64,000 bases of DNA from Candidatus Nomurabacteria bacterium (GTDB lineage: Bacteria > Patescibacteriota > Patescibacteriia > HK-STAS-PATE-3): NCBI GenBank assembly GCA_023898465.1, contig CP060223.1, positions 128,001 through 192,000 of the forward strand. The letters run 5' to 3'. Positions 1-8,140 of the stretch are shown one piece after another. The position numbers and the translations under genes are program-made. The notes under the pieces are model-generated. The model was not told where the DNA came from, did not search any database, and worked only from the letters and a program-made list of their open reading frames with translations. Every line of letters starts with the position of its first letter. Position 1 is the first letter of the stretch.

Positions 1-446
1 AGTTTTTTGTTCTTTGCATTTCAGAGTAACAGGAGGTTGGGGATGCATATATGTGGGGTACGTCCGGCAGCTCAAGTTGTGAGAGAGGCTCCTGGAGCAC
101 GAGTGCCTGTTGGTCGGAGCGTTTACTACTATTCTCAGCTGAAAGTAGCGGCGCTTTCCTTGGATCCAGGTGCTATGGTCAAGGTTGGTGATGTGATCGA
201 ATTCGAGGCGAGCAGGAGACGAAGGTTGTGTATTGTGGTTGGAGAAATGGAGGTCAACGGAAGACGTGTCGAGGAAGTTTCAGGCCCTTGCGAGGTCGGT
301 GTCCAGGTCGGAAGGTGGATTCGCTGGGGTCAGCATCCGATTTACCGTATCGATGCTCCCTCCGCATGAAGCGCGTACGAGCCGTCAGCATTTTGTTGGC
401 GGCTTTTTCATTGACTAAGCTTAGGGAAAACTGCTAGCGTGCACAT

Positions 447-2192
447 ATGGAAATTTTCTTTCGTGCCCTCAAACAATACAAAAAGATTGCTATTAGCGCG
501 CTTGTGCTTGCAGCTATTAATCAGGTTTTTTCCTTACTTGATCCCCAGATATTCAGAATCCTAGTTGATCGCTATGCCAGTCGACCAGAGGAATATAGTT
601 CACCTGACTTTTTCCGAGGAGCTTTCCTGTGGGCGCTCGGCATTATCGGCGTTGCGTTTATTTCTCTAGTCGCGAGAAGCTTCCAGGATTATTACGTCAA
701 TGTTATTAGTCAGAGAGTAAGTACCAATCTTTACGCACAGAGTGTAGGATATGCCTTTGCATTGCCTTTTGCCGTGTTTGAGGACCAGCGTTCCGGTGAG
801 CTGCTTCAAAAGATGCAGAAGGCAAAGACCGACATTGAAAAGGTGATTCGTAGTTTTGTAAATGTGGTTTTCTTGTCAGTCATCGGAATGCTCTTTGTAC
901 TTGTCTATGCCTTTTTTGTGCATTGGCTGGTTGGTTTGGTCTATACGCTCATTATTCCGACGATTGCTTTCTCTGTGTTAACGCTTAGTCGTCGTATTAA
1001 GAAGGCGCAGTCAGCTATTGTGACAGAGACCGCCGCATTATCTGGGTCCACCACGGAAACATTGCGCAATGTTGAGTTAGTAAAGAGCTTGGGATTGGAA
1101 GAGCAAGAAGTGAGTCGATTGAATCAAGTGAATGATCGCATTCTTGATTTGGAGCTTAAAAAAGTGCGCCTCGTCCGAGCGCTGAGTTTTGTGCAAGGCA
1201 CTTTATTGAATGCTTTACGATCCGGACTCATCCTGCTTATGCTTTGGCTTATCTACCAAGGCAACATTTCCATTGGCGAATTTCTAAGTTTATTTATTTA
1301 TTCCTTCTTTGTATTTCAACCGTTGACTGAGCTTGGCACTGTTATAACTGATTTCCAAGAAGCTCGGGCCAGCAGTGAAAAGCTGCAGGAGATTCTAGCC
1401 ATGCCCGAGGCGCCTAAGCCCGAGCAGCCGGTTTCACTGAATGCGCTGCAGTCAATTATTTTTGACAATGTAGTATTTCAATATCAATCTAATAGCGTGA
1501 GTTCAGTCGAGCATATTCACGCGGAGGTTCACTCGGGTGAAACCATTGCTTTTGTCGGTCCGTCTGGCTCGGGTAAGACGACGCTCATGAAATTAGTCTT
1601 GGGTTTATACCAACCAAGCCAAGGACAACTTCGTTATAATGATATACCCGGATCGGCTATTCAGATTGATGAGCTGCGGAAGAAAATTGGTTTTGTCGGG
1701 CAGGAGACGCAACTTTTTGCCGGGACCATCCGTGAGAATTTGCAGTTTGTCCAGCCCGAGGCTGATGAGGTTACGTGTTTGGAGGCGCTTAAAAAAGCCG
1801 CGGCCATGAATATTATTGAGCGAGGCAAGCAAGGGCTAGACACAAAGATCGGCGAAGGTGGTTTGAAACTTTCCGGTGGCGAGCGTCAACGTCTAGCCAT
1901 TGCACGGGCACTGTTGCGTAATCCAGAGCTCCTCATTTTTGATGAAGCTACCAGCAGCCTTGATTCCCTGACTGAAAAAGAAATCACCCAGACTATCCAG
2001 GAGCTCGGAAAAGAAAATAATCAGCGCATGACTTTATTGATTGCGCATCGACTCTCAACAGTTGCTCACGCTGATCGCATTTATGTTTTAGAGAAGGGGA
2101 AGATTGTTGAGCAGGGTAAGCATGAGGAATTGGTCCAAGCTGGCGGATTGTATGCAGCGTTGTGGCGTCAGCAAAGCGGCGCGACTGAATAA
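447..2192 (+). CDS. ABC transporter, fused permease/ATP-binding protein (MsbA-like type I exporter)
   Basis: 581 aa. The N-terminal half has six hydrophobic TM segments. The C-terminal half has Walker A GPSGSGKTT, ABC signature LSGGERQRLAIARALL, Walker B LLIFDEAT and an H-loop (AHRLST). ATG start at 447. Confidence 0.9.
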   Translation: MEIFFRALKQYKKIAISALVLAAINQVFSLLDPQIFRILVDRYASRPEEYSSPDFFRGAFLWALGIIGVAFISLVARSFQDYYVNVISQRVSTNLYAQSVGYAFALPFAVFEDQRSGELLQKMQKAKTDIEKVIRSFVNVVFLSVIGMLFVLVYAFFVHWLVGLVYTLIIPTIAFSVLTLSRRIKKAQSAIVTETAALSGSTTETLRNVELVKSLGLEEQEVSRLNQVNDRILDLELKKVRLVRALSFVQGTLLNALRSGLILLMLWLIYQGNISIGEFLSLFIYSFFVFQPLTELGTVITDFQEARASSEKLQEILAMPEAPKPEQPVSLNALQSIIFDNVVFQYQSNSVSSVEHIHAEVHSGETIAFVGPSGSGKTTLMKLVLGLYQPSQGQLRYNDIPGSAIQIDELRKKIGFVGQETQLFAGTIRENLQFVQPEADEVTCLEALKKAAAMNIIERGKQGLDTKIGEGGLKLSGGERQRLAIARALLRNPELLIFDEATSSLDSLTEKEITQTIQELGKENNQRMTLLIAHRLSTVAHADRIYVLEKGKIVEQGKHEELVQAGGLYAALWRQQSGATE

Positions 2193-2314
2193 GCTTGCCT
2201 CACTATAGGTATCTTGCTAGGCTCTAGATACCGTTCTTTCGTATTGAGTGATGATCAGCTCAGATTCTGGCTTTCTTCCCCGAGCCGTTCAGAGTCAGCT
2301 TATCATTACTCATA

Positions 2315-2387
2315 CCGCGCAGTCTCAACTTGCACCTCCTCATGCGGCTCCCGCCCATGTCGCAAGAACCAGACTGCGCGGTTTTTT
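2315..2387 (+). repeat. GC-rich long hairpin element A (CCGCGCAGTCT ... AGACTGCGCGG + T6)
   Basis: Perfect 11 nt inverted repeat flanking a roughly 45 nt partly self-complementary interior, followed by TTTTTT. Confidence 0.5.
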
Positions 2388-2627
2388 CATACACCAAAGA
2401 AGAAGAGGCGGCTGAATCTAGGAGATCCAGCCGCCGAGAGAAGCTCGCACAGATCTGCGCGAGCGCCATTGTTCCCCGTACGTAGGGGAGTTAGGCGCTA
2501 TTGCAGAACCGACGAGCCAGTTTCGGGATCTTCATCGTGCGTCTCCTTGTGGATTGCATCGAGTCTTGTCCCTCGCTTTTGTTCAGAGAACGCAAGCGGT
2601 AGTGCCTAAGGTACACTGCATAAAAGT

Positions 2628-2670
2628 AGGTGTCAAGTGTGGGTGTGTTTCTTGACTACACCTCTTTTTT
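2628..2670 (+). terminator. Rho-independent terminator-like hairpin
   Basis: AGGTGTCAAG-(13 nt loop)-CTTGACTACACCT followed by CTTTTTT. It lies in the GC-rich spacer downstream of the ABC transporter. Confidence 0.45.
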
Positions 2671-2702
2671 CAACTAGAGTAGCACAGCACATTAATCAAC
2701 GT

Positions 2703-2771
2703 GGGACTGCGTCATGGTGGAACGGGTGTTGAGTCCACTGCCGCCAGCTCAGCGCCTTGTTACGCAGTCCC
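2703..2771 (+). repeat. GC-rich long hairpin element (GGGACTGCGT ... ACGCAGTCCC)
   Basis: 10 nt perfect inverted repeat enclosing about 49 nt. It shares the GACTGCG/CGCAGTC core with elements A and B, in the opposite arm order. Confidence 0.5.
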
Positions 2772-2783
2772 ACCCCTTTCCCG

Positions 2784-2850
2784 CCGCGCAGCTTGTTGTG
2801 AGTCTACCTACCGACACGCTCCTTAGACTCATGACACTGCGCGGCTTTTT
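2784..2850 (+). repeat. GC-rich long hairpin element B (CCGCGCAG ... CTGCGCGG + T5)
   Basis: 8 nt perfect inverted repeat with the same arm sequence as element A, flanking about 45 nt that includes the inner palindrome GAGTCTA/TAGACTC, followed by CTTTTT. Confidence 0.5.
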
Positions 2851-2907
2851 CTTTTCCACTTGAATTATTGCGTCGGAGTGCTATACCAAAAGAGTTAGGA
2901 AAACATT

Positions 2908-3975
2908 ATGCGCCAAGTACTACTTCTCCTCACTTTGATTTTATTATGTACAGGAGGATTGTATCTAGCGAATACTGCGCAAGCCCAGGAAAAGCCCGAG
3001 CTGTTGTTTTTTTACGGCCAAGGTTGTCCGCACTGCGCTGTAGTTGAGCAATATATTGAGGATGAAAATCTTGACGAGCGTTTTCGTATTATAGCGAAAG
3101 AGGTGTATGGAGACCCGGAAAATGCTCGCGACCTTACCCAGCAGTTTCAAGTTTTTCACGTGCCAGAGTCAAAGCAAGGAGTTCCCTTTATGGTGCTTGG
3201 GGCTAAATATTATGTTGGGGACGTGTATATTATTGAGGCAATAGAAAACTATGCGGATTCGGAAATTATTCATACCGAAGCGCCGAATGTTGCTGAAGAG
3301 CAAGGAGACGATCAGCTTCATTTTTTTCCGGTAGTTGGCGCCGCCTTGGTTGATGCTATCAATCCATGCGCTTTTGCTGTTCTGATTATTCTTATGGCTA
3401 CAGTGATTGCCTCGCAAGACAGGCGACGAGCCTTGCTGGCTGGCTTAAGTTTTTCTTTCGCTATATTCCTTTCATATTTGGCAATGGGCTTTGGTCTGTA
3501 TTCAGCAATTGCCGCAGCCAGTGCGACGACTTGGGTCACAAAGCTGGCCGCCGGGATGGCAATCTTGCTCGGGTTATTCAATCTCAAAGATGCGCTTTGG
3601 TATGGAAAAGGTGTGTTGATGGAAGTGCCAATGTCATGGCGACCTCGGATGAAAAAATTAATTCGCTCAGTCACGCATCCGCTGAGCGCCTTTGGAGCAG
3701 GCATTTTGGTAAGCTTATTTCTCTTACCCTGCACCTCTGGTCCCTACATTGTTATTATTGGTATGTTGAGCTCTACGGAATCAATAAACGCGGCAGTCCT
3801 TTGGTTGATACTCTACAATGTTATTTTTATCTTACCGATGTTGGGATTAACCTTAGCAGTATATTTCGGATTACAACCGAGTCGGCTTGAAGAAATACGG
3901 CAAAGTCGCCTGCGCCTACTTCATGCCATTGCCGGAATCATTTTACTAAGCTTAGGTTTGTATTTGTTGTTGTAG
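2908..3975 (+). CDS. thiol:disulfide interchange membrane protein (DsbD/CcdA-like) with N-terminal thioredoxin-like domain
   Basis: 355 aa. A signal/TM segment is followed by the CxxC motif GQGCPHCAV (thioredoxin-like). A multi-TM domain follows with the CcdA/DsbD-type conserved cysteines (INPCAF ... LPCTSGP). Confidence 0.7.
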   Translation: MRQVLLLLTLILLCTGGLYLANTAQAQEKPELLFFYGQGCPHCAVVEQYIEDENLDERFRIIAKEVYGDPENARDLTQQFQVFHVPESKQGVPFMVLGAKYYVGDVYIIEAIENYADSEIIHTEAPNVAEEQGDDQLHFFPVVGAALVDAINPCAFAVLIILMATVIASQDRRRALLAGLSFSFAIFLSYLAMGFGLYSAIAAASATTWVTKLAAGMAILLGLFNLKDALWYGKGVLMEVPMSWRPRMKKLIRSVTHPLSAFGAGILVSLFLLPCTSGPYIVIIGMLSSTESINAAVLWLILYNVIFILPMLGLTLAVYFGLQPSRLEEIRQSRLRLLHAIAGIILLSLGLYLLL

Positions 3976-4023
3976 ATAAACCAAAACCGACCTGAGCGGC
4001 CGGCTTTAGTTTTGACGCGAGAC

Positions 4024-4212
4024 TTAGTAGAGCCCAGCCAAATGGAGCAGGAGGATGAAGACTCCGATAGAGATCAGAAAGAGTCCGAGCCCCGTGGCTG
4101 ATCCCCAACTGTACCAGGAGCCCCAGGCGCGCCAGGGGAGTTGCGGGTAAGCCTCTCGGTAGCGCTTCCAGTCCTCGAGTTGCTCTTCTTGTTTTTTATC
4201 CATAGTTGCCAA
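4024..4212 (-). CDS. small hypothetical membrane protein (62 aa)
   Basis: Minus-strand ORF in an otherwise empty 420 nt gap. It has a charged N-terminus (MDKKQEEQLEDWKRYRE), a Trp-rich segment and a C-terminal TM helix (LGLFLISIGVFILLLHLAGLY). There is no homology evidence. Confidence 0.3.
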   Translation of the reverse strand: MATMDKKQEEQLEDWKRYREAYPQLPWRAWGSWYSWGSATGLGLFLISIGVFILLLHLAGLY

Positions 4213-4393
4213 TGTTTGCTTGATAAGTCGACCTTTGGCAACCCATCTGTGCGGAATGATGTGCCCGTCTGTATGTTCAGGGTTGGAGAACGCGGGCGTG
4301 GTGTCAGTTCGCGCATTCGGAGTATAGCGGATGGCAATATTCTGTCAAAAAAGGATAGTAGCGCAGAAGGGGAAATAAGGCTATGCTTCAATC

Positions 4394-5086
4394 ATGAGCT
4401 ACTATGCTGAGCAAAAAAAGGCTTTTGAAAGGGTAGAAAATGCTGTAAAAAAAGGAAAGGCAGAAGGATCGGTAGTTGACCCGGTACAAGACTATGTTCA
4501 GGATAAGCGCTTATCGCTTACGAGCTTGAGTTTTTTGCCTCCGGCAGTGCAGCAAAAAATCTATCATACACTCATTATTCCGCTTCAGGTGGTAGACTCG
4601 CAGCAGGCGTATTTTGAAGCACGTAGTCTCCATGTCACGGTGCAAAATATTCGGACAGTCGCTGATCCGCCTCTGTATACTTCAGCTGACATAGAAAAAG
4701 CACGCGAGATATTTCATAACATAGTTCCTAAATACCCATTGCTAAAATGTCGACTTGAAGGTTTAAATATCTTTCCTGCAAGCGTTGCGATCCGTGCATT
4801 CGTGAGCGAGGAGTTTCGGGATCTGGTGCTTGAGCTGCGCGAAGCTCTACGACGTAATGGTGTGCCAGATAATAAAGTGTATGCTTCTGGAAATGTTATT
4901 TTTGGTAATGTTACTTTTGTTCGTTTTACGACTACTCCTAACAAGGATTTTTTTGCCAAAGTCGAGGAGTTAAAAGAGTGTTCATTTGGCGAAGTGCATT
5001 TAGAAAAAGTTTCCCTCATGGAGGTCAATGCGCTGTGTCATCCGAGCAGTATGCGGGTCATTGATACTTATTCTTTCCAGAAATAA
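4394..5086 (+). CDS. hypothetical protein, possibly 2H phosphoesterase (LigT/ThpR)-like
   Basis: 230 aa ORF with ATG start. It contains one H-x-T-x motif (SLHVTVQN). A possible degenerate second motif is NVTF, with Asn in place of His. The family assignment is tentative. Confidence 0.45.
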   Translation: MSYYAEQKKAFERVENAVKKGKAEGSVVDPVQDYVQDKRLSLTSLSFLPPAVQQKIYHTLIIPLQVVDSQQAYFEARSLHVTVQNIRTVADPPLYTSADIEKAREIFHNIVPKYPLLKCRLEGLNIFPASVAIRAFVSEEFRDLVLELREALRRNGVPDNKVYASGNVIFGNVTFVRFTTTPNKDFFAKVEELKECSFGEVHLEKVSLMEVNALCHPSSMRVIDTYSFQK

Positions 5087-5090
5087 ATAC

Positions 5091-5624
5091 ATGCTATATA
5101 TCACATACTTTGTTCATGGCACCACAACTGACAATGAGCATGATCTTTGTATGGGTTGGGCGCCGGGTCAACTGTCTGAATTAGGGAAGCGGCAAGCAAA
5201 AGATCTTGGAGAGCAGGTTGACGCGTCACAGTTTGCAGTCATGTTTTGTTCTGATTTGCAACGGGCAGTTGATTCAGCTGAGCTAGGTTTTGGAGGGATG
5301 TTGAAGATAATTCAAGATCAGCGTTTGCGTGAATGCAACTATGGTGACTTAACACAGAGGTCTGAGGATCTTGTGGACTACGCCAAGCATATTGCAGAAC
5401 CATTTCCAAATGGTGAGAGCTTACATGACGTTGAGCAGCGGATGCGGGAATTTTTAGAAATGCTTAACACTGGCTATGCAGATAAACATGTGGCCCTTAT
5501 GGCCCACAAGGCACCTCAACTTGCGCTCGAAGTGCTCCTGAATGGAAAAACGTGGGAGCAAGCGATTACGGAAGACTGGCGTAAAAAGAAAGCTTGGCAA
5601 CCGGGGTGGAGCTATTTGTTTTAG
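5091..5624 (+). CDS. histidine phosphatase family protein (phosphoglycerate mutase-like)
   Basis: N-terminus MLYITYFVHGTTTDNE matches the RHG-type catalytic motif of the PGAM/histidine phosphatase superfamily. The start was moved from the 5028 ORF start to the ATG at 5091 because 5028..5086 overlaps the upstream gene. Length about 177 aa. Confidence 0.65.
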   Translation: MLYITYFVHGTTTDNEHDLCMGWAPGQLSELGKRQAKDLGEQVDASQFAVMFCSDLQRAVDSAELGFGGMLKIIQDQRLRECNYGDLTQRSEDLVDYAKHIAEPFPNGESLHDVEQRMREFLEMLNTGYADKHVALMAHKAPQLALEVLLNGKTWEQAITEDWRKKKAWQPGWSYLF

Positions 5625-5672
5625 TTGCTATTTTTTTCATAGAGCGCATAATAACATAAGGAGGAAAATTAT

Positions 5673-6026
5673 ATGGAAAAAATATTTGGGGTCGACCCGA
5701 AAAGTAAGTTCACAGCAGAAGATGTTCGAGACGCTATTGTGGAGTGTTTCTATCAAGCCCATAAAGAGGTGGCTGAGAAGCAATTCCAATTTGCAGGCGA
5801 GGATTTTGGTGAAGAAGCATTGAAGAAGATGACCTCTAATTTCACTGAAGGCATAGTACGCCGCGCGTTTACAGAAACAAGTGGTGACTTTTCCCAGCCT
5901 ACTAAGGCATCTCTACAGAAGGCCATAGATTATATGAAGGAGTTTGCTATGGAATTTCGCACTAAGGAAATTATTGACGCGAATTATCAACAGATTAAAA
6001 GCTTGATAGACGGGTTGTCGGAGTAG
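5673..6026 (+). CDS. hypothetical small acidic protein (117 aa)
   Basis: A strong Shine-Dalgarno AGGAGGA lies 7 nt upstream of the ATG. The frame is clean, and it is the only long ORF in this interval. No recognisable motif. Confidence 0.6.
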   Translation: MEKIFGVDPKSKFTAEDVRDAIVECFYQAHKEVAEKQFQFAGEDFGEEALKKMTSNFTEGIVRRAFTETSGDFSQPTKASLQKAIDYMKEFAMEFRTKEIIDANYQQIKSLIDGLSE

Positions 6027-6091
6027 CCTTGGGAGCTTGCGAAAAAAGGAAAAACAAGTATACTTCGCATACGTAGTGTTCTGATTTTGCT

Positions 6092-7075
6092 ATGCCATAT
6101 TTTTTCCGTGGACCATTTCTCATAATGATTGCGGCTATGCTGTGGGCCTTAGACGGTTTACTGCGCTCACAGCTTACTGCGTCAATTCCCTCCACCGCCA
6201 TTGTTTTTTATGAGCACCTGGTAGGCTTTGTCCTTCTTCTCCCTTTTTTCTGGAGAGCTCTACCTAAAGTAAAAACATTGCATCGAGCTGATTGGTTTCG
6301 ACTCATTTTACTTACCATAGTGAGTAGTGTGCTTGGCACTATTCTTTTTACCGAGGCATTTGCCCGGAGCGCTGTTTCTTATGACTTCATCACTCCAACC
6401 TTACTGCAAAAACTCCAACCAGTTTTTGTGGTGCTACTCTCAGCTATTCTCTTACGCGAGCGAGTGACATGGCGTTTCATTGGTTTAGCCATACTCGCTT
6501 TAGTAGGTAGCTATATGGTTACTTTTGGATCCGAATCTGTTTCGCTAAGCTGGAGCGGTAAAGAGATAGTGTTTCTCTTATCTATCGGCGCTGCCTTAGC
6601 CTGGGGATCGGGTACTATTTTGAGCAAGAAGATTTTAGAGAAGCTTTCATTTAGCGAGGCGACTTCCTTGCGTTTCTTATTAGCCATTCCTATTAGTGCT
6701 ATCGCGATGCTAACACTTAATCATGGCTATAGTCCGGTGGAAATTTCCGGGGCTTCTTGGCTCCGCTTCGTCGCTATTGGTTTGACTACTGGAGCAGCGG
6801 CGATTCTTATCTACTACCGTGGCTTGCGAATTACACCAGCGAAAGTCTCCACTTTTGCTGAGTTGATGTTTCCCGTCACAAGTATTCTCATAGCCGTGAC
6901 AGCGCTTAATCCCTTTGGCGCGCCGCAGCCCATTAGCTTTGGCCAGGGCCTAGGTATTCTTATCCTCATCGTTTCCATTTTACTTATTGGAACGAGTGAG
7001 CTACCCGCGCCTAAAGTAAAAGAGAGTGAAGCATATGAAGGAGCTACCCAGTCCGAGCCAGTATCTACAACATAA
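6092..7075 (+). CDS. EamA/DMT family transporter
   Basis: 327 aa with about 10 predicted TM helices arranged as two EamA-like halves. The C-terminal tail is hydrophilic. Confidence 0.75.
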   Translation: MPYFFRGPFLIMIAAMLWALDGLLRSQLTASIPSTAIVFYEHLVGFVLLLPFFWRALPKVKTLHRADWFRLILLTIVSSVLGTILFTEAFARSAVSYDFITPTLLQKLQPVFVVLLSAILLRERVTWRFIGLAILALVGSYMVTFGSESVSLSWSGKEIVFLLSIGAALAWGSGTILSKKILEKLSFSEATSLRFLLAIPISAIAMLTLNHGYSPVEISGASWLRFVAIGLTTGAAAILIYYRGLRITPAKVSTFAELMFPVTSILIAVTALNPFGAPQPISFGQGLGILILIVSILLIGTSELPAPKVKESEAYEGATQSEPVSTT

Positions 7076-8078
7076 ACTTGAAACCTGCGGTCAGTATACA
7101 TTGACCGAGTCTGATCACGCTCTTCTCAAAGAAAAAGGCATGGAGGAGTTTTTGTACGCAAAACTTACTTCCAAGAAATTTCGGAAGTGGAGAATAACTC
7201 AAAAAGCAGAAGACCGCATCCGTAATGCACTTTCTGTCACGGTGCCAAAGAATAAGCCACTACAGTTACGTTTTCCCTTTGGGGCATATAAACTTTGGCG
7301 CTTGCCATCAAGTCCAGAAGTGGACTGGGCTGAGTTTTTTACCTTGGCGTATTTCTCAGAGTTCCTCGCACCAATTTTAGCCGCATATCAACCGGGGGTG
7401 GAGTTGTATTTTTCTTCAGATGAGGTAATTGTCGAACCTATGAACAATGTATCTCGAGAAGAAACAGATGCATACCAAGAATCATTCAGGCGTTTGTTGG
7501 CAGAATTTAAAAAGTATTGGCCAAATAATTTCATTGTTGATATTCGACCTGTGCGCAATCTCTATAACAATGCAGAAGAAATTTTCAATGAAGCTCAGCA
7601 AATGATTCCGATAATTGAAGAAAGATATGCGGCCATGTCAAAAGAGGAAGTCGCTTCTGCTGAAAAAACCTCAGCCATGAATATTCGCTGGGATGGAGTT
7701 CAGGATTGGCAGAAGCTTACTGAGGATGAAAAGAAGGAAAAAATTCACTACGGCACAATATTACACGATGCCTATTGCGCGATTAGCAAACGACAACAAT
7801 TCATGCGTAGTGACGATACGATTTTACTTTTTGTAAATAGACAAGTTTCTGATGGTATTCCACTAGGTAGCACTAAGAATTCAATTGCGAAGTTTTGGCC
7901 GGGCTACGGAGTGTTGGAACAAAAAGAAGCAGGCTATATAGAGAGAGTGCTGACCCCGCAACAACTTACTTCATTGCAGCATGAGAAAGCTCAAATTGAA
8001 GCAATCGATTGGCTGCCAATGAAAAACTTTCACGAGATCCAAGTGTATCCTGAGCTGAATTTTACGCTTACTAAATAG
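7035..8078 (+). CDS. hypothetical protein, paralog A of tandem pair (unknown function)
   Basis: About 347 aa. The N-terminus SPSQYLQHKLETCG...GMEEFLYAKLTSKKFRKWRI and the C-terminus IEAIDWLPMKNFHEIQVYPELNF are shared with the downstream paralog. The ORF track starts at GTG 7026. The ATG at 7035 is preferred because it has a purine-rich upstream and aligns with the paralog N-terminus. Confidence 0.7.
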   Translation: MKELPSPSQYLQHKLETCGQYTLTESDHALLKEKGMEEFLYAKLTSKKFRKWRITQKAEDRIRNALSVTVPKNKPLQLRFPFGAYKLWRLPSSPEVDWAEFFTLAYFSEFLAPILAAYQPGVELYFSSDEVIVEPMNNVSREETDAYQESFRRLLAEFKKYWPNNFIVDIRPVRNLYNNAEEIFNEAQQMIPIIEERYAAMSKEEVASAEKTSAMNIRWDGVQDWQKLTEDEKKEKIHYGTILHDAYCAISKRQQFMRSDDTILLFVNRQVSDGIPLGSTKNSIAKFWPGYGVLEQKEAGYIERVLTPQQLTSLQHEKAQIEAIDWLPMKNFHEIQVYPELNFTLTK

Positions 8079-8140
8079 TTCTAGACAGGATCCATCAGAA
8101 CACTTAGTATGCACTAGGAGAACTTTCTTATTGCAGTCGT

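Noticed and set aside
1-440. Possible 23S rRNA 3'-terminal fragment (loose similarity to the sarcin-ricin region and the ...GCTGAAAG... stretch)
   Set aside because: The universally conserved sarcin-ricin loop AGUACGAGAGGACC is not intact (the sequence reads GAGCACGAGTGCCTG). There is no contiguous rRNA-like similarity beyond short words, so this is not a functional rRNA. It is kept only as a compositional anomaly.
2214-2609. 131 aa ORF (and antisense 69 aa ORF) in the GC-rich spacer
   Set aside because: It is Arg/Ser/Cys-rich and low-complexity, lies within a region dominated by long hairpins and terminator-like structures, has no ribosome-binding site and contains no motif. It is more likely non-coding.
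2200-2900. tmRNA or RNase P RNA in the GC-rich spacer
   Set aside because: The hallmark motifs were looked for on both strands and could not be found convincingly by eye: the tmRNA tRNA-like 3' end with T-loop TTCRANT plus CCA, and the RNase P P4 GGAAAGTCCGG / ACAGAACCCGGCTTA. Only a partial CAGAACC word is present at about 2503. This is left as an open ncRNA candidate, not a call.
3169-3890. Antisense and alternative-frame ORFs inside the DsbD-like gene (82, 138 and 174 aa)
   Set aside because: They fully overlap a gene with clear motifs and membrane topology. Their low-complexity composition and absent start context indicate spurious ORFs. The same reasoning applies to the other embedded ORFs in the track: 1605..1843, 9386..9790, 11209..12235, 13525..13899, 14584..14949, 15759..16064, 17205..17905, 19469..21919, 22842..23239, 23701..23994, 24582..24929, 25192..25874, 26029..31644, 31819..36688, 37009..40409, 41246..43910, 44451..47419, 49219..49404, 50793..50984, 51763..52146, 52458..52856, 53989..54677, 55769..56965, 57280..59371, 59796..61512 and 62043..62354.
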